In this document: positions 51,701 through 61,914 of the stretch, in pieces | Numbering within the stretch: position 1 is the first letter of the stretch | Layout of the letters: the number at the start of each line of letters is the position of its first letter | Source: Tubulanus polymorphus | Lineage: Eukaryota; Animalia; Nemertea | DNA length: 61,914 nucleotides | NCBI RefSeq assembly: GCF_964204645.1 | Contig: NW_027437475.1 | Span: forward strand, 1-61,914 | Direction of reading: 5' to 3' | Program-made: the position numbers and the translations under genes | Notes under the pieces: model-generated | Databases searched by the model: none | What the model saw: the letters and a program-made list of their open reading frames with translations, nothing else | What the model was told of the DNA's origin: nothing

Positions 51701-54700
51701 TCTTTTCTCGCGCTGAACGACGTTTTCGGGTCGAAATGTGCTTTTCCTGACGATTTGAGCGCTTTTACGCATCGACATTGTCGTTTTTCCGATAGGGGGA
51801 ATATTTGATACGAAAACGTCTTTTCTCGCGCTGAACGACGTTTTCGGGTCGAAAAGTGCTTTTCCTGACGATTTGAGCGCTTTTACGCATCGACATTGTC
51901 GTTTATCCGATACGGGGAGAATGTGATGAGAAAACGTCTTTTCTCGCGCTGAACGACGTTTTCGCGACTAAAAGTGCTTTTCCTGACGATTTGAGCGCTT
52001 TTACGCATCGACATTGTCGTTTTTCCGATAGGGGGAATATTTGATACGAAAACGTCTTTTCTCGCGCTGAACGACGTTTTCGGGTCGAAAAGTGCTTTTC
52101 CTGACGATTTGAGCGCTTTTACGCATCGACATTGTCGTTTTTACGATAGGGGGAAAATGTGATGAGAAAACGTCTTTTCTCGCGCTGAACGACGTTTTCG
52201 GGTCGAAATGTGCTTTTCCTGACGATTTGAGCGCTTTTACGCATCGACATTGTCGTTTTTCCGATACGGGGAAATATTTGATACGAAAACGTCTTTTCTC
52301 GCGCTGAACGACGTTTTCGGGTCGAAAAGTGCTTGCGCTTTTACGCATCGACATTGTCGTTTTTCCGATAGGGGGAATATTTCATACGAAACCGTCTTTT
52401 CTCGCGCTGAACGACGTTTTCGGGTCGAAAAGTGCTTTTCCTGACGATTTGAGCGCTTTTACGCATCGACATTGTCGTTTTTCCGATAGGGGGAATATTT
52501 GATACGAAAACGTCTTTTCTCGCGCTGAACGACGTTTTCGGGTCGAAATGTGCTTTTCCTGACGATTTGAGCGCTTTTACGCATCGACATTGTCGTTTTT
52601 CCGATAGGGGGAATATTTGATACGAAAACGTCTTTTCTCGCGCTGAACGACGTTTTCGGGTCGAAAAGTGCTTTTCCTGACGATTTGAGCGCTTTTACGC
52701 ATCGACATTGTCGTTTTTCCGATAGGGGGAATATTTGATACGAAAACGTCTTTTCTCGCGCTGAACGACGTTTTCGGAGCGAAAAGTGCTTTTCCTGACG
52801 ATTTGAGCGCTTTTACGCATCGACATTGTCGTTTTTCCGATACGGGAAATATTTGATACGAAAACGTCTTTTCTCGCGCTGAACGACGTTTTCGGAGCGA
52901 AAAGTGCTTTTCCTGACGATTTGAGCGCTTTTACGCATCGACATTGTCGTTTTTCCGATAGGGGGAATATTTGATACGAAAACGTCTTTTCTCGCGCTGA
53001 ACGACGTTTTCGGGTCGAAAAGTGCTTTTCCTGACGATTTGAGCGCTTTTAAGCATCGACATTGTCGTTTTTCCGATAGGGGGAATATTTGATACGAAAA
53101 CGTCTTTTCTCGCGCTGAACGACGGTTTCGGGTCGAAAAGTGCTTTTCCTGACGATTTGAGCGCTTTAACGCATCTACATTGTCGTTTTTCCGATAGGGG
53201 GAATATTTGATACGAAAACGTCTTTTCTCGCGCTGAACGACGTTTTCGGGTCGAAAAGTGCTTTTCCTGACGATTTGAGCGCTTTTACGCATCGACATTG
53301 TCGTTTTTCCGATAGGAGGAATATTTGATACGTAAACGTCTTTTCTCGCGCTGAACGACGTTTTCGGGTCGAAAAGTGCTTTTCCTGACGATTTGAGCGC
53401 TTTTACGCATCGACATTGTCGTTTTTCCGATAGGGAAAATATTTGATACGAAAACGTCTTTTCTCGCGCTGAACGACGTTTTCGGAGCGAAAAGTGCTTT
53501 TCCTGACGATTTGAGCGCTTTTACGCATCGACATTGTCGTTTTTCCGATAGGGGGAATATTTGATACGAAAACGTCTTTTCTCGCGCTGAACGACGTTTT
53601 CGGGTCGAAAAGTGCTTTTCCTGACGATTTGAGCGCTTTTACGCATCGACATTGTCGTTTTTCCGATAGGGGGAATATTTGATACGAAAACGTCTTTTCT
53701 CGCGCTGAACGACGTTTTCGGGTCGAAAAGTGCTTTTCCTGACGATTTGAGCGCTTTTACGCATCTACATTGTCGTTTTTCCGATAGGGGGAATATTTGA
53801 TACGAAAACGTCTTTTCTCGCGCTGAACGACGTTTTCGGGTCGAAAAGTGCTTTTCCTGACGATTTGAGCGCTTTTACGCATCGACATTGTCGTTTTTCC
53901 GATACGGGGAATATTTGATACGAAAACGTCTTTTCTCGCGCTGAACGACGTTTTCGGGTCGAAAAGTGCTTTTCCTGACGATTTGAGCGCTTTTACGCAT
54001 CTACATTGTCGTTTTTCCGATAGGGGGAATATTTGATACGAAAACGTCTTTTCTCGCGCTGAACGACGTTTTCGGGTCGAAAAGTGCTTGCGCTTTTACG
54101 CATCGACATTGTCGTTTTTCCGATAGGGGGAATATTTGATACGAAAACGTCTTTTCTCGCGCTGAACGACGATTTCGGGTCGAAAAGTGCTTTTCCTGAC
54201 GATTTGAGCGCTTTTAAGCATCGACATTGTCGTTTTTCCGATAGGGGGAATATTTGATACGAAAACGTCTTTTCTCGCGCTGAACGACGTTTTCGGGTCG
54301 AAAAGTGCTTTTCCTGACGATTTGAGCGCTTTAACGCATCTACATTGTCGTTTTTCCGATAGGGGGAATATTTGATACGAAAATGTCTTTTCTCGCACTG
54401 AACGACGTTTTCGGGTCGAAAAGTGCTTTTCCTGACGATTTGAGCGCTTTTACGCATCGACATTGTCGTTTTTCCGATAGGGGGAATATTTGATACGTAA
54501 ACGTCTTTTCTCGCGCTGAACGACGTTTTCGGGTCGAAAAGTGCTTTTCCTGACGATTTGAGCGCTTTTACGCATCGACATTGTCGTTTTTCCGATAGGG
54601 AAAATATTTGATACGAAAACGTCTTTTCTCGCGCTGAACGACGTTTTCGGAGCGAAAAGTGCTTTTCCTGACGATTTGAGCGCTTTTACGCATCGACATT

Positions 54701-57700
54701 GTCGTTTTTCCGATAGGGGGAATATTTGATACGAAAACGTCTTTTCTCGCGCTGAACGACGTTTTCGGGTCGAAAAGTGCTTTTCCTGACGATTTGAGCG
54801 CTTTTACGCATCGACATTGTCGTTTTTCCGATAGGGGGAATATTTGATACGAAAACGTCTTTTCTCGCGCTGAACGACGTTTTCGGGTCGAAAAGTGCTT
54901 TTCCTGACGATTTGAGCGCTTTTACGCATCTACATTGTCGTTTTTCCGATAGGGGGAATATTTGATACGAAAACGTCTTTTCTCGCGCTGAACGACGTTT
55001 TCGGGTCGAAAAGTGCTTGCGCTTTAACGCATCGACATTGTCGTTTTTCCGATAGGGGGAATATTTGATACGAAAACGTCTTTTCTCGCGCTGAACGACG
55101 TTTTCGGGTCGAAATGTGCTTTTCCTGACGATTTGAGCGCTTTTACGCATCGACATTGTCGTTTTTCCGATAGGGGGAATATTTGATACGAAAACGTCTT
55201 TTCTCGCGCTGAACGACGTTTTCGGGTCGAAAAGTGCTTTTCCTGACGATTTGAGCGCTTTTACGCATCGACATTGTCGTTTTTCCGATAGGGGGAATAT
55301 TTGATACGAAAACGTCTTTTCTCGCGCTGAACGACGTTTTCGGAGCGAAAAGTGCTTTTCCTGACGATTTGAGCGCTTTTACGCATCGACATTGTCGTTT
55401 TTCCGATAGGGGAAATATTTGATACGAAAACGTCTTTTCTCGCGCTGAACGACGTTTTCGGAGCGAAAAGTGCTTTTCCTGACGATTTGAGCGCTTTTAC
55501 GCATCGACATTGTCGTTTTTCCGATAGGGGAATATTTGATACGAAAACGTCTTTTCTCGCGCTGAACGACGTTTTCGGGTCGAAAAGTGCTTTTCCTGAC
55601 GATTTGAGCGCTTTTACGCATCGACATTGTCGTTTATCCGATACGGGGAGAATGTGATGAGAAAACGTCATTTCTCGCGCTGAACGACGTTTTCGCGACG
55701 AAAAGTGCTTTTCCTGACGATTTGAGCGCTTTTACGCATCGACATTGTCGTTTTTCCGATAGGGAAAATATTTGATACGAAAACGTCTTTTCTCGCGCTG
55801 AACGACGTTTTCGGAGCGAAAAGTGCTTTTCCTGACGATTTGAGCGCTTTTACGCATCGACATTGTCGTTTTTCCGATAGGGGAAATATTTGATACGAAA
55901 ACGTCTTTTCTCGCGCTGAACGACGTTTTCGGAGCGAAAAGTGCTTTTCCTGACGATTTGAGCGCTTTTACGCATCGACATTGTCGTTTTTCCGATAGGG
56001 GGAATATTTGATACGAAAACGTCTTTTCTCGCGCTGAACGACGTTTTCGGGTCGAAAAGTGCTTTTCCTGACGATTTGAGCGCTTTTAAGCATCGACATT
56101 GTCGTTTTTCCGATAAGGGGAATATTTGATACGAAAACGTCTTTTCTCGCGCTGAACGACGTTTTCGGGTCGAAAAGTGCTTTTCCTGACGATTTGAGCG
56201 CTTTAACGCATCTACATTGTTGTTTTTCCGATAGGGGGAATATTTGATACGAAAACGTCTTTTCTCGCGCTGAACGACGTTTTCGGGTCGAAAAGTGCTT
56301 TTCCTGACGATTTGAGCGCTTTTACGCATCGACATTGTCGTTTATCCGATAGGGGGAATATTTGATACGAAAACGTCTTTTCTCGCGCTGAACGACGTTT
56401 TCGCGACTAAAAGTGCTTTTCCTGACGATTTGAGCGCTTTTACGCATCGACATTGTCGTTTTTCCGATAGGGGGAATATTTGATACGAAAACGTCTTTTC
56501 TCGCGCTGAACGACGTTTTCGGGTCGAAAAGTGCTTTTCCTGACGATTTGAGCGCTTTTACGCATCGACATTGTCGTTTTTACGATACGGGGAAAATGTG
56601 ATGAAAAACGTCTTTTCTCGCGCTGAACGACGTTTTCGGGTCGAAATGTGCTTTTCCTGACGATTTGAGCGCTTTTACGCATCGACATTGTCGTTTTTCC
56701 GATACGGGGAAAATGTGATGAGAAAACGTCTTTTCTCGCGCTGAACGACGTTTTCGGGTCGAAAAGTGCTTTTCCTGACGATTTGAGCGCTTTTACGCAT
56801 CGACATTGTCGTTTTTCCGATAGGGGGAATATTTGATACAAAAACGTCTTTTCTCGCGCTGAACGACGTTTTCGGGTCGAAAAGTGCTTTTCCTGACGAT
56901 TTGAGCGCTTTTACGCATCGACATTGTCGTTTTTCCGATACGGGGAATATTTGATGAGAAAACGTCTTTTCTCGCGCTGAACGACGTTTTCGGGTCAAAA
57001 AGTGCTTTTCCTGACGATTTGAGCGCTTTTACGCATCGACATTGTCGTTTTTCCGATACGGGGAAAATGTGATGAGAAAACGTCTTTTCTCGCGCTGAAC
57101 GACGTTTTCGGGTCGAAATGTGCTTTTCCTGACGATTTGAGCGCTTTTACGCATCGACATTGTCGTTTTTTCGATACGGGGAAAATGTGATGAGAAAACG
57201 TCTTTTCTCGCGCTGAACGACGTTTTCGGGTCGAAAAGTGCTTTTCCTGACGATTTGAGCGCTTTTACGCATCGACATTGTCGTTTTTCCGATAGGGGAA
57301 TATTTGATACGAAAACGTCTTTTCTCGCGCTGAACGACGTTTTCGGGTCGAAAAAAGCTTTTCCTGACGATTTGAGCGCTTTTACGCATCGACATTGTCG
57401 TTTATCCGATACGGGGAGAATGTGATGAGAAAACGTCATTTCTCGCGCTGAACGACGTTTTCGCGACGAAAAGTGCTTTTCCTGACGATTTGAGCGCTTT
57501 TACGCATCGACATTGTCGTTTTTCCGATAGGGGGAATATTTGATACGAAAACGTCTTTTCTCGCGCTGAACGACGTTTTCGGGTCGAAAAGTGCTTTTCC
57601 TGACGATTTGAGCGCTTTTACGCATCATCATTGTCGTTTTTCCGATACGGGGAAAATGTGATACGAAAACGTCTTTTCTCGCGCTGAACGACGTTTTCGG

Positions 57701-60700
57701 AGCGAAAAGTGCTTTTCCTGACGATTTGAGCGCTTTTACGCATCGACATTGTCCTTTATCCGATAGGGGGAATATTTGATACGAAAACGTCTTTTCTCGC
57801 GCTGAACGACGTTTTCGGGTCGAAAAGTGCTTTTCCTGACGATTTGAGCGCTTTTACGCATCGACATTGTCGTTTTTCCGATAGGGGGAATATTTGATAC
57901 GAAAACGTCTTTTCTCGCGCTGAACGACGTTTTCGCGTCGAAATGTGCTTTTCCTGACGATTTGAGCGCTTTTACGCATCGACATTGTCGTTTTTCCGAT
58001 AGGGGGAATATTTCATACGAAACCGTCTTTTCTCGCGCTGAACGACGTTTTCGGGTCGAAAAGTGCTTTTCCTGACGATTTGAGCGCTTTTACGCATCGA
58101 CATTGTCGTTTATCCGATAGGGGGAATATTTGATACGAAAACGTCTTTTCTCGCGCTGAACGACGTTTTCGGAGCGAAAAGTGCTTTTCCTGACGATTTG
58201 AGCGCTTTTACGCATCGACATTGTCGTTTATCCGATAGGGGGAATATTTGATACGAAAACGTCTTTTCTCGCGCTGAACGACGTTTTCGGGTCGAAAAGT
58301 GCTTTTCCTGACGATTTGAGCGCTTTTACGCATCGACATTGTCGTTTATCCGAGACATTGTCGTTTTTCCGATAGGGGGAAAATGTGATGAGAAAACGTC
58401 TTTTCTCGCGCTGAACGACGTTTTCGCGTCGAAATGTGCTTTTCCTGACGATTTGAGCGCTTTTACGCATCGACATTGTCGTTTTTCCGACACGGGGAAA
58501 ATGTGATGAGAAAACGTCTTTTCTCGCGCTGAACGACGTTTTCGGAGCGAAAAGTGCTTTTCCTGACGATTTGAGCGCTTTTACGCATCGACATTGTCGT
58601 TTTTCCGATAGGGGGAATATTTCATACGAAACCGTCTTTTCTCGCGCTGAACGACGTTTTCGGAGCGAAAAGTGCTTTTCCTGACGATTTGAGCGCTTTT
58701 ACGCATCGACATTGTCGTTTTTCCGATAGGGGGAATATTTGATACGAAAACGTCTTTTGTCGCGCTGAACGACGTTTTCGGGTCGAAAAGTGCTTTTCCT
58801 GACGATTTGAGCGCTTTTACGCATCGACATTGTCGTTTTTCCGATAGGGGGAATATTTGATACGAAAACGTCTTTTCTCGCGCTGAACGACGTTTTCGGG
58901 TCGAAAAGTGCTTTTCCTGACGATTTGAGCGCTTTTACGCATCGACATTGTCGTTTTTCCGATAGGGGGAATATTTGATACGAAAACGTCTTTTCTCGCG
59001 CTGAACGACGTTTTCGGGTCGAAAAGTGCTTTTCCTGACGATTTGAGCGCTTTTACGCATCGACATTGTCGTTTTTCCGATAGGGGGAAAATGTGATGAG
59101 AAAACGTCTTTTCTCGCGCTGAACGACGTTTTCGGGTCGAAATGTGCTTTTCCTGACGATTTGAGCGCTTTTACGCATCGACATTGTCGTTTTTCCGATA
59201 CGGGGAATATTTGATACGAAAACGTCTTTTCTCGCGCTGAACGACGTTTTCGGGTCGAAAAGTGCTTTTCCTGACGATTTGAGCGCTTTTACGCATCGAC
59301 ATTGTCGTTTTTCCGATACGGGGAATATTTGATACGAAAACGTCTTTTCTCGCGCTGAACGACGTTTTCGGGTCGAAATGTGCTTTTCCTGACGACTTGA
59401 GCGCTTTTACGCATCGACATTGTCGTTTTTCCGATAGGGGGAATATTTGATACGAAAACGTCTTTTCTCGCGCTGAACGACGTTTTCGGGTCGAAAAGTG
59501 CTTTTCCTGACGATTTGAGCGCTTTTACGCATCGACATTGTCGTTTTTCCGATAGGGGGAATATTTGATACGAAAACGTCTTTTCTCGCGCTGAACGACG
59601 TTTTCGGGTCGAAAAGTGCTTTTCCTGACGATTTGAGCGCTTTTACGCATCGACATTGTCGTTTTTCCGATAGGGGGAATATTTGATACGAAAACGTCTT
59701 TTCTCGCGCTGAACGACGTTTTCGCGTCGAAATGTGCTTTTCCTGACGATTTGAGCGCTTTTACGCATCGACATTGTCGTTTTTCCGATAGGGGGAATAT
59801 TTCATACGAAACCGTCTTTTCTCGCGCTGAACGACGTTTTCGGAGCGAAAAGTGCTTTTCCTGACGATTTGAGCGCTTTTACGCATCGACATTGTCGTTT
59901 ATCCGATAGGGGGAATATTTGATACGAAAACGTCTTTTCTCGCGCTGAACGACGTTTTCGGGTCGAAAAGTGCTTTTCCTGACGATTTGAGCGCTTTTAC
60001 GCATCGACATTGTCGTTTTTCCGATAGGGGAAATATTTGATACGAAAACGTCTTTTCTCGCGCTGAACGACGTTTTCGGGTCGAAAAAAGCTTTTCCTGA
60101 CGATTTGAGCGCTTTTACGCATCGACATTGTCGTTTATCCGATACGGGGAGAATGTGATGAGAAAACGTCATTTCTCGCGCCTGAACGACGTTTTCGCGA
60201 CGAAAAGTGCTTTTCCTGACGATTTGAGCGCTTTTACGCATCGACATTGTCGTTTTTCCGATAGGGGGAATATTTGATACGAAAACGTCTTTTCTCGCGC
60301 TGAACGACGTTTTCGGGTCGAAAAGTGCTTTTCCTGACGATTTGAGCGCTTTTACGCATCATCATTGTCGTTTTTCCGATACGGGGAAAATGTGATACGA
60401 AAACGTCTTTTCTCGCGCTGAACGACGTTTTCGGAGCGAAAAGTGCTTTTCCTGACGATTTGAGCGCTTTTACGCATCGACATTGTCCTTTATCCGATAG
60501 GGGGAATATTTGATACGAAAACGTCTTTTCTCGCGCTGAACGACGTTTTCGGGTCGAAAAGTGCTTTTCCTGACGATTTGAGCGCTTTTACGCATCGACA
60601 TTGTCGTTTTTCCGATAGGGGGAATATTTGATACGAAAACGTCTTTTCTCGCGCTGAACGACGTTTTCGCGTCGAAATGTGCTTTTCCTGACGATTTGAG

Positions 60701-61914
60701 CGCTTTTTACGCATCGACATTGTCGTTTTTCCGATAGGGGGAATATTTCATACGAAACCGTCTTTTCTCGCGCTGAACGACGTTTTCGGGTCGAAAAGTG
60801 CTTTTCCTGACGATTTGAGCGCTTTTACGCATCGACATTGTCGTTTATCCGATAGGGGGAATATTTGATACGAAAACGTCTTTTCTCGCGCTGAACGACG
60901 TTTTCGGAGCGAAAAGTGCTTTTCCTGACGATTTGAGCGCTTTTACGCATCGACATTGTCGTTTATCCGATAGGGGGAATATTTGATACGAAAACGTCTT
61001 TTCTCGCGCTGAACGACGTTTTCGGGTCGAAAAGTGCTTTTCCTGACGATTTGAGCGCTTTTACGCATCGACATTGTCGTTTATCCGAGACATTGTCGTT
61101 TTTCCGATAGGGGGAAAATGTGATGAGAAAACGTCTTTTCTCGCGCTGAACGACGTTTTCGCGTCGAAATGTGCTTTTCCTGACGATTTGAGCGCTTTTA
61201 CGCATCGACATTGTCGTTTTTCCGACACGGGGAAAATGTGATGAGAAAACGTCTTTTCTCGCGCTGAACGACGTTTTCGGAGCGAAAAGTGCTTTTCCTG
61301 ACGATTTGAGCGCTTTTACGCATCGACATTGTCGTTTTTCCGATAGGGGGAATATTTCATACGAAACCGTCTTTTCTCGCGCTGAACGACGTTTTCGGAG
61401 CGAAAAGTGCTTTTCCTGACGATTTGAGCGCTTTTACGCATCGACATTGTCGTTTTTCCGATAGGGGGAATATTTGATACGAAAACGTCTTTTGTCGCGC
61501 TGAACGACGTTTTCGGGTCGAAAAGTGCTTTTCCTGACGATTTGAGCGCTTTTACGCATCGACATTGTCGTTTTTCCGATAGGGGGAATATTTGATACGA
61601 AAACGTCTTTTCTCGCGCTGAACGACGTTTTCGGGTCGAAAAGTGCTTTTCCTGACGATTTGAGCGCTTTTACGCATCGACATTGTCGTTTTTCCGATAG
61701 GGGGAATATTTGATACGAAAACGTCTTTTCTCGCGCTGAACGACGTTTTCGGGTCGAAAAGTGCTTTTCCTGACGATTTGAGCGCTTTTACGCATCGACA
61801 TTGTCGTTTTTCCGATAGGGGGAAAATGTGATGAGAAAACGTCTTTTCTCGCGCTGAACGACGTTTTCGGGTCGAAATGTGCTTTTCCTGACGATTTGAG
61901 CGCTTTTACGCATC
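30781..61914. repeat. 118-bp satellite, diverged domain with higher-order structure (~264 monomers)
   Basis: Recurrent variant monomers: GATACGGGGAAAATGTGATGAG subtype, 15-bp deletion, 19-bp duplication, CGCGACG, TTTATCC. These recur in the same order at multi-kb spacings. Confidence 0.97.

Noticed and set aside
3823-61211. Dozens of MSMRKSAQIVRK.../MLFLTILALLR... ORFs
   Set aside because: They are translations of the 118-bp repeat that lengthen only where indels or substitutions skip the recurring stop. They have no domain content.
1-61914. CRISPR array interpretation of the periodic repeat
   Set aside because: There are no unique spacers, the whole 118-bp unit repeats, and no cas genes are present.

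Overview
This is a eukaryotic heterochromatin-like window with no credible protein-coding gene. About 90% of it is one head-to-tail 118-bp satellite (~45% GC, CpG-rich), with ~60 monomers at 1-7061 and ~410 at 13406-61914. The array is interrupted once by a 6,344-bp AT-rich non-autonomous DNA transposon (7062-13405) with ~430-bp imperfect terminal inverted repeats (TIRs) and a 4-bp AAAC target-site duplication (TSD). The satellite resumes in exact register after the element. The element has no transposase and carries a patchwork of older mobile-DNA debris: a family of 27-47-bp CATGGACTC...GAGTCCATG hairpins with ~7-bp flanking duplications (resembling P-superfamily excision footprints), a hammerhead-ribozyme core preceded by a possible Penelope GIY-YIG remnant, and foldback-like GGGATTTTTAC subrepeats. 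The array is zoned: a near-invariant block (~17.2-30.8 kb), then a diverged block with a second monomer subtype, 103-bp and 137-bp variants, a ~11.75-kb duplication and a 23-monomer higher-order repeat. All satellite ORFs in the track are artefacts of the repeat. Everything here was read by eye, so identities and copy numbers are approximate and the organism is not identified.
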